Shown here: piece by piece, positions 23,835 to 40,689 of the stretch
Layout of the letters: every line of letters starts with the position of its first letter
Numbering within the stretch: the stretch's first letter is position 1
Assembly (NCBI RefSeq): GCF_009914755.1
Contig: NC_060930.1
From: the human T2T-CHM13v2.0 reference genome, Homo sapiens
DNA: 64,000 nucleotides
Reading direction: 5' to 3' (one strand)
Program-made: the position numbers and the translations under genes
The notes under the pieces: model-generated
Database searches by the model: none
What the model saw: only the letters and a program-made list of their open reading frames with translations
What the model was told of the DNA's origin: nothing

Positions 23835-26684
23835 TTACATGTAGTTTTTGAAAATAGTTAAGGAAAAATTAAAACTTTCTCTAGTTTTTTTTTCCTGCTC
23901 TATTTTCCTCCTTTTCTTGCTGATCCTATCTTCTCACCCTCCCCAACTGAGAATTCTTTATTAGCAAAGCAGCTGGCTGACACTTGCTGGAATGAAAGAG
24001 CCACTGTCCAGTCTTGCTATTTAAGTTTAAGCCACACTGCATTTATGTATAGCCTCTTTCTCCTGGAGGATTGAGATACCTCTTTATAATTCCACTGCTA
24101 TTTTTAACATCCTCACAGAGCAAAGAGAAAGCTAGTCCCTTCATCTTTGAGCTGGTCACTCGTTTTCTGAATCTCCATTTTCCCAGGGCAGATAATACAG
24201 AGCAGGAGAGATCTTCACAGTTAGAACATGGTCTTTGGTCATTACCTCTTTCCATACTCTTAAAGAATCCAGACCTCTTAGTTATTAAAAAAGCCATAGG
24301 GAAATCAGGAAAACACATGTATATTGCTTTGTATTGGGAAAATGATCTTATAATCATTTATTACCTCAGCAGCATCACACAACTTTGGTCTCTAATCCTG
24401 AATGAAGAATGCCCCAGACAATGAATAGCTCAGTACATCTGCAAAGGCAAAAGATATTCCAGCAGGCGCTCCAGGCTCTCAGTCCCCGGGCCATATGGCC
24501 TTGATAACTTCCCCAATTACTCTGGAAACTGTTAATTTTTCAGTCTGCACTTGAAACAGAGCTATAATTGTCCAGTGAATGCAGAGGAAGAAGGTAAGTC
24601 AGCCCCTGGAGAAGGTACCCTGAGCACTGCCCTGTTGCCTTGGCTGTGCCCAGGGTGCTCGGATTGCAGACAGAGAATTATACCCAAGAATACGAGGCCC
24701 AGGCGAGGCTGCCCTGCTCAGTGAAGAAGGAAATGAATTTTAACTCCAGACGCAGCACTCACTTTTAGCTATGGGGATTATTTTAGCTATCTCCAGTTCT
24801 CTAGTCTGGGTTTGTGTTCCAAGTGTGAAGACATCAACCATCCCTCCCACCCCGACCCCTTTTTTTTGAGACAGGGTCTCGCTGTGTGGCCCAGGCTTGA
24901 GTGCAGTGGGACGATCATGGCTCACTGCAGCCTGGACTCCCAGGTTCAAGGGATACTCCCAGCTCAAACTCCTGGAGTAGAAAGACTCACAGGCATGCAC
25001 CACCACACCTGGCTGTGTGTGTATGTGTGTGTGTGTACCATGCCTGACTGTGTATGCGTGTGTATGTGTGTAAAGATGGGGGTGTCACTATGTTGCCCAG
25101 GCTGGTCTGGAATGCCTGGGCTGAAGTGATCCTCCCCCTCAGCTTCCCAAAATGTTGGGATTACAGGTGTGAGCCACTGTGCCCAGCTTAAATATTTTAA
25201 ATAGTCCTAAAGGCAGAAGTCCCTTGACTCTTCAGAAAAATGGGAAAATAGTTTAAGGCATTCTCACCACCACAAATGGCTGTGGCAGTACATTCACATT
25301 TATAGTTGTCAGGGCATTTATAGTTGGATAGGGACTTGTCCTTTATAAAACTACTTCAACCAATCTTGCTCTCATCTTTCTTTTGATTTTGGGTTACTTT
25401 TTTACATTAGAGACTAAATGTAGGCTAATGGATGAGACTTCAGGGAGAAACAGAAAATGGGAAGTTTTAATCAGGGTTGTAAGCTGAAAGGAATATTTTA
25501 ACTTGAATTGCCCAGTATAAATATACATAGATAAACCAAAAGCAAAAAAGATTTGGAACCTCTCTATTTGCTGCATTTATGCATAAGAAAGCCTAGCTAA
25601 AATCAGATTCTCTTATCAACAGTAATCTATATGCTTTTCCCAATTAAAAGAACTTTAACACTCCAGTGGGTGTTGTGATGAATGACTACTGATATCATTC
25701 AACCACATTAATTCACCCAATATGTCCCAAGGAGTAGCTGTAGCCTTAGTGATCCAGAAACACAAAAGACAGGTCGGTCAGGTCCTTCACCCTCTGGAGG
25801 GCAGGTGGGGGTGGACTGATGGCACTGGAGGGGACAAGTGTGAACAGAAAGTGATACGTATTTCAGTATGGTATTAACAGGCCCCCACATCCTTTCAACC
25901 TTGAAATATGAGGTTTCTGGGCAGCTAAGAAAAGGGATGTCTTACAGGGTTGGGGGTGTCTAGGACTGAGCTTATTGTCTTGCTTTGCCCAGGACAGTTA
26001 CAGAGCTGGGAAAGGGAGGGGGAGGAGCCCCATCCTCCAGGAGGGGGAGCAGCACCTGGGGTCTACTAGGGAACAGCTCACCCACACTGAAGACAGGCTG
26101 ATTTTCCCTCACGTTTTTTCTGTCTTCACTAATTTGACCTCTGCTGTTACAGAGGTCAAATTTTGTTCTTTCTCCATCCTCATTCCCTACCTTGCCCCTT
26201 CCTTTGTTCTCCCTAAACAAAAATAACAAAGAGCCTTGGGCTCTAAACTGAGCTAGAGGTATGTTGCAGGTGGTGGGCTTGGTTAGTTAAGGTTCTAGAG
26301 GCTAGGGCTGCACTTGGTCCTGTTGTTTCTCTCTACTCATAGAGAAACTTCCATACTTGTACATTTTCCTTTCTTTCTTTTTTTTACCCCCAGACAGCAT
26401 CTTGGTCTGTCACCCAGGCTGGGTGCAGTGGGACGATCTTAGTCCACTGCAACCTCCCACTCCGGAGCTCAAGTAATCCTCCCACCTCAGCTTCCTGAGT
26501 AGCTGGGATTACAGGTGTGTGCCACCACATCCGGCTAATTTTTGTAGAGATAGGGGGTTCTGTCCATGTTACCCAGGCTGGTTTTGGACTCCTGAGCTCA
26601 AGAGATTCTCCCGCTTTGGCCTCCAAAATTGCTGGGATTAAAGGCGTGAGTCACACTGCCTGGCCTCGCGCCTTTCTTTTCTAA

Positions 26685-27285
<601 letters not shown>

Positions 27286-27992
27286 TCAAAAAGAAAAAAG
27301 AAAAAAGAAAACCCCAAATGAACAGAAATACATGTTCTTTTTGATATAGGATCTGTGACATCATCCTTGAAAAAACCCAGGAAAAGCCCACAAGTACCTA
27401 TGAAATAGCTTTGAAGCACTTTTAAAAAAAAAAATCTGGCAGAAGGCCTAAAAAACTCCGAGGTAGCTGGTGATATTTTCTATTTTAAATACTAGGGAAT
27501 TAAGGCACAGAGGTGACTAAGGTTTACACAGCAGAAAGCTGCAGCGCCTAGAGTCAATGCAGGTCGTCGTTAGCCCTGGACTATTTCTGCCACTACCAGG
27601 GTTTTCAACAAAGAACAGTACGTGTGACAAAAATCCATCTGTTTGTTTCTCTTTTTGAATTACTTAACCTTTGAATATTCAACCTTTTGCCCTCTTTTGC
27701 TTTATGTTTTCACACCATCTTATCCTCAAAGAAGGGGAAATACTTATCTTCTTCTGTAAGCCTTTGTATCTAAGAACACAAATGAAGTATTTAGGGACAA
27801 TTGCTTTGATTTTTACAAGAAAACTCAGTGGCTATTTTGGGTGACGGTATGCTTTGCTAGCAAATAGAAATAGAGAAAATCTGGCATCTCAAGGTGAAAT
27901 AAGAGTAAACAGTTTCCAGAATTTTCTCCCTCTCTCCTTCCTTAATAATTGCAAATTGCCACTGCTTATAACCATAATAGAAACTAGACATG

Positions 27993-28030
27993 TCTCCCGG
28001 CCTTCCTCAATGAAAAAAATAAAAAAGAAA
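27993..28030 (+). mobile_element. Ultra-short retro-insertion (20 nt + A-tail) with 14-bp TSD
   Basis: agaaactagacatg at 27979-27992 and 28031-28044 flanks tctcccggccttcctcaatg-aaaaaaataaaaaagaaa. Confidence 0.7.
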
Positions 28031-28359
28031 AGAAACTAGACATGACATAGAGATGTCACTTATGAAAAAGAAAAAAAAATTCAAAGGAATCTCACTTCTG
28101 CTTTCAACATTTCTTACCAAATCCAGTTTCTAGGACACAAATCATTCCGCAACCCCTCCTTCCAATTTCTAATCCTATTTTAATCACTGAAATGGGCAGA
28201 GTCAGATTTTATGTATGACAATTAATCCCCTATGCAAAGTTAAAACTAATTTTAGGGTAAACAAAAAGTTAACTTCAAAGAGCTAGAGGCTGGGCGCGGT
28301 GGCTCACGCCTGTAATACCAGCACCTTGGAAGCCGAGGCGGGCAGATCACTTGAGGTCA

Positions 28360-28611
<252 letters not shown>

Positions 28612-28649
28612 TCAGTAAACACCCTAATCCCATCACTCTATTACCGTAG

Positions 28650-28956
<307 letters not shown>

Positions 28957-29036
28957 CTATTACCATAGCTTTCTTGATACCTGACTGATAACTAAATGTC
29001 AGTGCTAATAGCTCAAGCTCTATCTCTAAAGTTTAG

Positions 29037-29279
<243 letters not shown>

Positions 29280-30312
29280 TGATCTGCCTGCCTCGGCCTC
29301 CCAAAGTGCTAGGATTACAGGTGTGAGCCACTGTGCCCGGCCAAGTTTAGAATTTTCTAAGTCACCAAAAGGCTTCGACATTTTAACCATTGACCCAGAC
29401 ATTTGACAGAGGCCCCTTTGCAATTGGGAAAAGACTTGGAAAATAATAATGTTCACTTGCTACTGGAAATTTTCAAAGGGATTAGTTGAATTTATCCAAC
29501 AGTGCATGAATACCTAGTATCACCAGGAACCAATTTGGGTCTACATGGGTACATTCAGGGGTTACTACCTTCTAACCTTATCAGAAGGTAACTAGGGAAT
29601 GGATAAGCAAGGAATTCATCCTATTCCTGTCATTGGCCTAGTGACTATTCCCCAAAGAGAATGGAATCTCATTCCCATTTGCCTTTTTTCTTTTTTAATT
29701 TTTTTTTGTGCTTTAAGGGGGTGTATAATGTAAGAAATGATTTGGATTTCTGCTCCTGGATGTTATAGTTTTGGAGATTTAGGCTCCAATCTCTAAAGTT
29801 CGTATCTGTGATTGTGCAATCATTAGGTATTATTTTATTTGTCTATGAAGTATGACTACAGTTATATCATAAAACAGAATTATTAATCGTAAATCTCAGT
29901 TGAGATCTTTTTATTTGTTTTTAACCTTGTATCCTGAAAGCCTAAAACAGTGTTTGATTCCTTTTTTTTTTTTTTTTTTTTTAGATGGAGTCTTGCCATG
30001 TTGCCCAGGCTGGAATGCAGCTGCAGGATCTCGGCTCGCTGCAACCTCTGCCTCCTGAGTTCAAGCGATTGTCCCACCTCAGCCTCCTGAGTAGCTGGGA
30101 CTACAGGCACTCGCCACCACTTCTGGCTAGTTTTTGTATTTTTAGTAGAGACAGAGTTTCACCATGTTGGCCAGGCTGGTCTCGAACTCCTGACCTCAGG
30201 TGATCTGCCCACCTCGCCTCCCAAAGTGCTGGGATTACAGGAGTGAGCCACCGTGCCCAGCCAGTATTTGATTTTTAATGAATATTCTTAGATAACAAAC
30301 AGATAAATTTAA

Positions 30313-30610
<298 letters not shown>

Positions 30611-30642
30611 TAGATAATGTCTTAAAAAAAAAGGGGGGGGGG

Positions 30643-30942
30643 GCCGGGCGTGGTGGCTCACGCCTGTAATCCCAGCACTTTGGGAGGCCGAGGCGGGCGG
30701 ATCACGAGGTCAGGAGATTGAGACCATCCTGCCTAACACGGTGAAACCCCGTCTCTACTAAAAATACAAAAAATCAGCTAGGCGCGGTGGCTGGCGCCTG
30801 TAGTCCCAGCTACTTAGGAGGCTGAGGCAGGAGAATGGCGTGAAGCGGGGCGGGGCGGAGTTTGCAGTGAGCCGAGATCGCCCCACTGCACTCCAGCCTG
30901 GGCGATAGAGCCAGACTCTGTCTCAAAAAAAAAAAAAAAAAA
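30643..30942 (+). mobile_element. AluY, head-to-head with the preceding Alu (~32 bp spacer)
   Basis: GGATCACGAGGTCAGGAGAT..GAGACCATCCTG, GAATGGCGTGAA, A-tail. Confidence 0.9.
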
Positions 30943-31199
30943 AGGGACAACATAGGTTGGGTGTGGTACCTCACATCTGTAATGGGCCTTTGGGAGGCCC
31001 AGGTGGGAGAGTCACTTGAGCCCAGAAATTTGAGACCAGCCTGGGCAACACAGTGAGACTCGGTCTCTATTTAAATACAGAAAAAAAAAAGTGATAACAT
31101 GGACATATTAGGCAAATATTATTCAAGTAATTGTTAGCAAGAACTTAATAATATATGGTATGAGGAACTGTGTGCATGAAATGGACCATAGAAAACAAT

Positions 31200-31520
31200 A
31201 ATAATTCTAAGGTCGGTTTTTATGGAAGAGACAGAACTGAACTGAGCCCTAATTGCTTAGTTTGTAGAAAGCAAAGGAGATAAGCAAAAATATTCCAGTG
31301 AAGGGGATATGTCACAGTAGGCTAGGAACAGTGAAAAATCTACTTGACTAACCTGAAAGTGGGAAGGCTCAGAATAAAATGGGAAAGGGTGTGTCAGATA
31401 CTAGAGGGCCTTGAAGATCACACAGAGGTGTTTAAACTTGATCCAGTGGGAAACAGGGAGCCACAAGGGGTTTTAATGGGGTGACTAAATTAGCGAAAAT
31501 AATGTATAAGGAAGTTAGCT
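31200..31520 (-). mobile_element. L2 fragment
   Basis: ...gtcagatactagagggccttgaag...aaacttgatccagtgggaaacagggagccac..., antisense L2 body. Confidence 0.6.
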
Positions 31521-31707
31521 GGAAATGCCAATAATATTAATTTCCTTCTATTGAAGACCTGATGTGTGCCAGGCACTAGGCAAACAGCCCTAAGATAAGA
31601 ATTTTTGCTCCCATGTAACGGTTTAGTTAAATGAGAATCCAAGAGGCGACTTACTTGAGCCATAGAGTTAGTAAATGGCTGAGTTAAGACCTACACTTGG
31701 GTCCCTA

Positions 31708-32594
<887 letters not shown>

Positions 32595-32599
32595 CCTAT

Positions 32600-32896
32600 C
32601 ATTTACATGTTCTGTCTGTTTTCATGCTACAACAGCAGAATTGTGCAGTTGGACAGAGACCCTATGTCCCACAAAGTCTTAAATTTGTACTATCTGTCCC
32701 TTTTCAGAAAAAGTCTGCTGACTCCTGTAGAACTTTGCTATTCAGTGTGGCCTGTGGACCAGGAACAAGGGGCAACCTCTGGGAGTTTGTTAGAAAGGAA
32801 GCATCTTGGGCACCCCTTAGACCTGTTGAATTCAAATCTGCATTTTAGCAAGATTCCAAATGAATCTGTATGCACATTAAGTATAAGAAGCATTGT
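32600..32896 (+). mobile_element. MER58-type 3' half followed by MER5-type DNA transposon remnant
   Basis: gctacaacagcagaattg...gacagagaccctatg..ccacaaag...tactatctgtcccttttcagaaaagtctgctgactcctg; then cctctgggagtttgttagaaa...aatctgcattttagcaagattcc. Confidence 0.7.
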
Positions 32897-33014
32897 TGGC
32901 CAGGCACGGTGGCTTACGCCTGTAATCTCAGCACTTTGAGAGGCTGAGGCGTGCGGATCACCTGAGGTCAGCAGTTTGACACCGGTTGGCCGATGTAGTG
33001 AAACCCCGTCTCTA

Positions 33015-33200
<186 letters not shown>

Positions 33201-33815
33201 CTATTTTGGCTGAAAAGTTAGAGCAGGACAAGCCTAGAAACTAGGACACTGGGTAGCTTAAGACTAGGAGACAGAGGCGGAAGGGACAGGGTCCACAAAC
33301 ATTTAAAGAATGTCTGCCATTTGAGTGTGCACAGGCAGCTACACATTCCTGCCCCAGGCCTCTGGGATTCCTGCATATTTAGTGTAGAGAATAGGAAGCC
33401 ATATGCAAGTTAAAATACAAATCTGTATTCCTTATTATTAAAGTGTGTTTTGCCATGGCATTTTGAACCAACGATAATCAAATGAGCCACTATTCAACTT
33501 CCCACCTCCCCAAAATTGGCCTGAAGGACTGCTTGGAGGGAAGTTTTAAGAGATAGTAGCTCAAATATTTTGCTAATGCAGTTTCGAAAATGCTAGAGTA
33601 GATGTGAGTAAGATGATGTAGCCTGCATCTTCCGTCAAAGGTGCCATTTGATGGTTTTCTAATTTCTTTCTTTTCAGAGTCTCACTCTGTTGCCCAGGCT
33701 GGAGTACAGTGGTGCAATCTCAGCTCACTGCAACCTCCACCTCCTGGGCTCAAGTGATTCTCCCACCTGTCCCAAGTAGCTGGGACCACAGGTGCACACC
33801 ACCATGCCTGGCTAA

Positions 33816-34025
<210 letters not shown>

Positions 34026-34954
34026 TAACCTCCTATTATATGCCACTAAACATCAAAAAAAAATTTTTTTTGATTTCCCATTGTTTTGAGGGAGCCAGGA
34101 TAACACATCCTAGCTGGTGGCCCCACAGTTATTCCCGGGAGGTGGGGCTTCCTGGTGAGTTTCTGGTGTATTCTTGGTGTGTTCTCGGCTCACAGGGCGG
34201 AGTCAGGTTTTCCTCATGCTCAGCCAGCTTGGTGACAAATTGAAGTTGCGTAAGGGAGCAGGGTACAAAGTACATGTGCTGTGCTTCAGTTTGCATCCGC
34301 CTGGTCTGTTACACATATTATCTGGAAAATACTGTGGGGTAGGTGGTGTGAGGGCAAATTGGGAAGAAGACCAAGTGAAGCATTAAGGTGAAGCCGAGCA
34401 GAGGTAGGGAAGGGTATGGGACTAGCAGCCAAGGATTTAGGATTTAGACTGCCAAAGATTGTGAACTGAGGTAGGAAATGGGTTCTTGGAGTGACTATGA
34501 TTACAGCAAGCCAACTGGGGCTGCCTGGTTCCAGATTCCATGCAAGCCAGGATGATGATGATCTGCTTGATGTCTTTACTCTGGAGCTACGGCAGAAGGC
34601 TTCAGCACTTTAAAATAATGTTTGTCATACCTCACAATACACCCACCACATTACCTGGAGGCCAGGTGAACTGAAAACACAGATTGGTAGGCCCAGAGTT
34701 TCTAATTTTGTAGGTTTGGGTAGGACTCAGTAATTTCCTTTTTTTTTTTTTGAGACGAAGTCTCGCTTTGTTGCCCAGGCTGGAGTGCAGTGGACTGCAA
34801 CCTCTCCCTCCTGGGTTCAAACGATTCTCCTGCCTCAGCCTCCCGAGTCACTGGGATTACAGGTGCCCACCACCACACCTGGCTAATTTTTGTATTTTTA
34901 GTAGAGATGGGGTTTGGCCATGTTGGCCAGGCTGGTTTCAAACTCCTGACCTCA

Positions 34955-35119
<165 letters not shown>

Positions 35120-35232
35120 TTAAGAAACTCTTTGCCTTGGCCAGGTGCGGTGGCTCATGCCTGTAATCCCAGCACTTTGGGAGACCGAGGCGGGCAGATC
35201 ATGAGGTCAGGAGATCGAGACCATCCTGGCTA

Positions 35233-35456
<224 letters not shown>

Positions 35457-35647
35457 TCAGACTCAGAAACCAAGTGGCTTGCTGGGTGGTCAAGAAGTGT
35501 GCCCCAGGGCCAGTTCTACAAATTTCCAAGCTTCTTCCTTCCCCAAATCCTGCCAGCCTGCAAGCATCAATTCAGAAATAGTTATTTCCCAGTCATTTTG
35601 CCCTTGTTACATATCTTCCAGTTAGTTTATGTGCATGTTGAATGTAA

Positions 35648-35922
<275 letters not shown>

Positions 35923-38591
35923 TAAGTGATCCGCCCACCTTGGCCTCCCAAAGTACTGGGATTATAGGCATGAGCCACCATGCCCTGCCAGATATAATAA
36001 TGTCTTTATAAGTCAAGAATACCACTAGAGAGCCTGTAGGATAATTTCAAAGAATTCATACTTATAAAATGGAATATTAGACTATTCTCTTAGTAGGACT
36101 GCCTTTGGAAAGCATGTGGTCAAATCCTGTGGGTTCCAGCAATCTTGCTAGTGTCTCCTTATTACATTGCCTGCCCTTTATTCTGGCTCCCAGCTGTTGT
36201 GGTTTTCCTCTCAGCTCACCTGAATATGTGTATTGGCCTACAGTGTTCTCTGGAAAAACTTGTGGGAACAGAGCAGTCTGGGAACCGAACAGCAGGATTT
36301 GGGCAAGGGATGATGAGGAAGCAGGCTTTCAACTGAGGCAGTCGTTCATCATTGTAAAAATTACTACCGCTGCACTGATCTTGCTCCAAACTCCAGAGGC
36401 ACATAGCTCCAGGGACTCAGAAGGGCCAAGAACCGTAGCATGGAAGCCCAGCTGTGTTTGGCACACATAATCTGCATCTCCCTGTTTAACTTAAACAGAT
36501 ACTTGGTTAAGTGCTTCCTCTTTGGGTTTGTATGCATTTTACTTAACTACTTGGCTGTAAATTCCCTGGCACATAAGCAAATGATTTTATTTTTAATTTT
36601 TATATATTTATTTATTTATTTTTGAGATGGGGTTTCGCTCTGTTGCCCAGGCTGGAGTGCAGTGGCACGATCTCGGCTCATTGCAACCTTTGTCTCCCAG
36701 GTTCCCCAAAGCAATTCTCATGCCTCAGCCTCCTGAGTAGCTGGGATCATAGGCGTTCACCACCACACCCGGCTAATTTTTGTATTTTTAGTAGAGGTGG
36801 GATTTCATCATGTTGGCCAGGCTGGTCTGGAACTCCTGACCTCAAGTGATCCACCTGCCTTGGCCTCCCAAAGTGCTGGGATTACAGGCGTGAGCCACCG
36901 TGCCCATATTTGCTTATGTATGCGTGCATCTGCACGTGTATGTGTGTGTGTGTTTTCTAGTTTAGTGTGCAGGGCCAATTATTCTGCGAGCCAGGCTGAC
37001 ATAGCATGTTCTCCTTCATCTTTAGATACAGGGGACCAAGAAGCTTAGTTCAATGTGGTATGTATTTCCTTGGCTGGGACAGAAGGTGTCTGTGAGCCAT
37101 GGGTATTAGGGTTAGAAGGAAACAAGACGTGGTATTCAGATGTGACATACTAGGGTCAGAAGGAAACAAGATGTGGTACCATTCAGAGGGCCTAGGGAGC
37201 TGGATCCTACACCTTGGCAAACTGTTTTGTAATTAGATGCTGTAACTGTTTTGGAGTGTCACCCCTGATGTATAAGCCTTATTTTTTACATTCTTTTTTT
37301 CCTTTTCCTTTTTCTTTCTTTGTGAAATGATCAGGAAGAAGACGTATAAGCCTTTAAGCTTAGTAAACCTTTGGGTTCTGTGCATTTGGCCATCATTCCA
37401 GTTGTCAGCATTGTGCAGGACAGGTACTTGAGGTCTGTTTTTGTGAACCAGGGACCCGAGGCACAGAGCAAGTAAGTGGATAGAAACAAATGCTGTAAGA
37501 ACAAATAATTGTATTTAAAAATTTATGATTTTCATTTATTTTTCAGAGGAAGCATTAATGAGTAGGTAGTAATTTCTGGGTATTAAAAAACCATCAGAGA
37601 CATTTCTTTTTCCTTATAAAAGAAGTCATAACAGTGAACATTTATAGCACTTAGCTTACTAAGGGTTTCACGTCCTATAATCCCCAGCACTTTAGCAGGC
37701 TGAGAGGGGAGGACTGCTTGAGGCCAGGAGTTCAAGACCAGCCTGGGTAACATAGCAAGACCCTGTCTCTATTTAGAAAAATAATAAAAACAAAGGGTTT
37801 CACATGTATTTTAGAAATTAGACCTTCCGAAGTTGTGAGATTTGTAATAATGTTCATTTTAGAGACTAGAAAACTAAGCCTCATGAAGGCCATGTGACTT
37901 GTCCACCATTGCACCAGTGCTGAGTGGCAGATCTCTGGTCTGGAAGCCACGTTCTTCTCACTATACCATGTTGCCATTTTTCAGCAACTGGTGCACGATG
38001 CATATTCTCCAAGACAGAAGGGAAGGAGGCTTGATTAATTGTGGCTCAGCCTTTCCTCATAGTTTTGGGGCTGTAAGACCTGTGCATTGTAAGTGAACCA
38101 TAAGGTCTCTTTGCCTCAGAGCAGGTTAGTTCACACCGTGCTGCTGCTGCTTTTAAGCAATGCAGGATGAACGGAGCTTGGGAGCAATTTTCTCTCACTC
38201 CCATGGTGGCATCTCTTCAGTTCACTTTCTTTGTACTGCTCCTCTTAGGTTTATGGCCGTGCAGTTGTCAGTGCTCCTGTCAGTCTTTCCAACCTTCCCT
38301 CTAAATTCCTGGCACCAGCAGTTGGCCTAGAACATGCTGATCTTCAGCACCCTGACAGAAAAGGCTGCTATCACAGTGGAAAGTGTGGCTTCCTGGGCTG
38401 CCTCTTGGCAAAGGGCTCTAGCTTGTCCAGATTTGGGTCAGCCCCAGGGTCTATCAGTTCCAGGAGAGGTGTTGAAGGGCTGTGACAAATGCCTGCCCTG
38501 GCAGATGGAGGAAGCTCTGGCTAGCTTGAGAGCGCAGTGTAATAACAGCTGCCCTGAGAAGGGACTTCCAGCCATTCTTGTGCTCTGAGAT

Positions 38592-40147
38592 TGTGTCCGG
38601 AATTGGTGGGTTCTTGGTCTCACTGACTTCAAGAATGAAGCCGCAGACACTTGCGGTGAGTATTACAGTTCTTAAAGGCAGCGTGTCCGGAGTTTGCTCC
38701 TTCTGATGTTCAGATGTGTTCGAAGTCTCTTCCTTCTGGTAGGTTCGTGGTCTCACTGGCTCAGAAGTGAAGCTGCAGACCTTCACGGTGAGTGTTACAG
38801 CTCTTAAGGTGGCGCATCTGGAGTTGTTCGTTCCTCCTGGTGGGCTCGTGATCTTGCTGGCTTCAGGAGTGAAGCTGCAGACCTTCGCGGTGAGTGTTAC
38901 AGGTCAAAAAAAGCAGTGTGGACCCAAAGAGTAAGCAGCAGCAAGATTTATTGCAAAGAGCGAAAGAACAAAGCTTCCCCCGCGTGGAAGAGGACCCAAG
39001 CGGGTTGCCACTGCAGAGTTTGGGCAGCCTGCTTTTATTCTCTTATCTGGCCCCACCCACATCCTGCTGATTGGTAGAGCTGAGTGGTCTGTTTTTACAG
39101 GGCGCTGATTGGTGCATTTACAATCCCTGAGCTAGACACAAAGGTTCTCCACCTCCCCACCAGATTAGCTAGATACAGAGTGTCAACACAAAGGTTCTCC
39201 AAGTACCCACCAGAGTAGCTAGATACAGAGTGTTGATTGGTGCATTCACAAACCCTGAGCTAGACACAGGGTGCTGATTGGTGTGTTCACAAACCTTGAG
39301 CTAGATACAGAGTGTGGATTGGTGTATTTACAATCCCTGAGCTAGACATAAAGGTACTCCAAGACCCCACCAGAGTAGCTAGATACAGAGTGTCCATTGG
39401 TGCCTTCACAAACCCTGAGCTAGACACAGGGTGCTGATTGGTGTATTTACAATCCCTTAGCTAGACATAAAGGTTCTCCATGTCCCCACCAGACTCAGGA
39501 GCCCAGCTGGCTTCACCCAGTGGATCCCGCACTGGGGGGGCAGGTGGAGCTGCCTGCCAGTCCCAGTGCGTGCGTGCGCCCGCACTCCTCAGCCCTTGGG
39601 TGGTCGATGGGACTGGGCGCCGTGGAGCAGGGGGTGGCACTTGTCGGGGAGGCTCGGGCCGTACAGGAGCCCATGGAGGGGGTGGGAGGCTCAGGCATGG
39701 CGGGTTGCAGGTTCCGAGCCCTGCCCCGCGGGAAGGCAGCTAAGGCCCGGTGAGAAATCGAGCCCAGCGCCGGTGGGCTGGCACTGCTGAGGGACCCAGT
39801 ACACCCTCTGCAGCCGCTGGCCCGGGTGCTAAGCCCCTCATTGCCCGGGGTCGGCAGGGCCGGCCGGCTGCTCCGAGTGCGGGGCCTGCCAAGTCCACGC
39901 CCACCCGGAACTCCAGCTGGCCCGCAAGCGCCACGCGCAGCCCGGGTTCCCGCTCGGGCCTCTCCCTCCACACCTCCCTGCAAGCTGAGGGAGCCGGCTC
40001 TGGCCTTGGCCAGCCCAGAAAGGGGCTCCCACAGTGCAGCGCTGGGCTGAAGGACTCCTCAAGTGCCGCCAAAGTGGGAGCCCAGGCAGAGGAGGCGCCG
40101 AGAGCGAGCGAGGGCTGTGAGGACTGCCAGCACGCTGTCACCTCTCA
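38592..40147 (-). mobile_element. LTR12C (ERV9) solo LTR, 1556 bp
   Basis: Minus strand starts TGAGAGGTGACAGCGTGCTGGCAGTCCTCACAGCCC and ends AAGAACCCACCAATTCCGGACACA. It has a GC/CpG-rich 5' part and a tandem U3 repeat array. Degenerate 4-bp TSD agat/agct. Confidence 0.95.
39030..39490 (-). promoter_or_regulatory. LTR12C enhancer/promoter: seven CCAAT boxes in tandem repeats, AGATAA, AATAAA TATA-like box (39034-39039)
   Basis: Plus-strand attgg near 39070, 39108, 39236, 39277, 39318, 39396 and 39437; cttatct and tttatt immediately downstream on the minus strand. Confidence 0.75.
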
Positions 40148-40250
40148 AGCTGACATCGGCAGCTGTGAGGACCCACCTGTTAGGTGAGGCCTTCACAAGC
40201 ACTAGCATCTGTAGGGATCTTTACTTCCAATTCATTGGCAGTTACCACTA

Positions 40251-40608
<358 letters not shown>

Positions 40609-40689
40609 TCAGAATTCTTTCTTGAGAGCCATCCTTGTCAAGAAACCTGGATGTAGGAGGCTGTAGACTTGGATTCCAGGGTTAGCTCT

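Noticed and set aside
27986-27995. p53 half-site AGACATGTCT
   Set aside because: A single half-site, created at the insertion junction, with no properly spaced second half.
39095-39490. Regularly spaced repeats superficially like a CRISPR array
   Set aside because: These are the known tandem U3 units of ERV9 LTRs. The spacers are themselves repeated, the context is eukaryotic and there are no cas genes.
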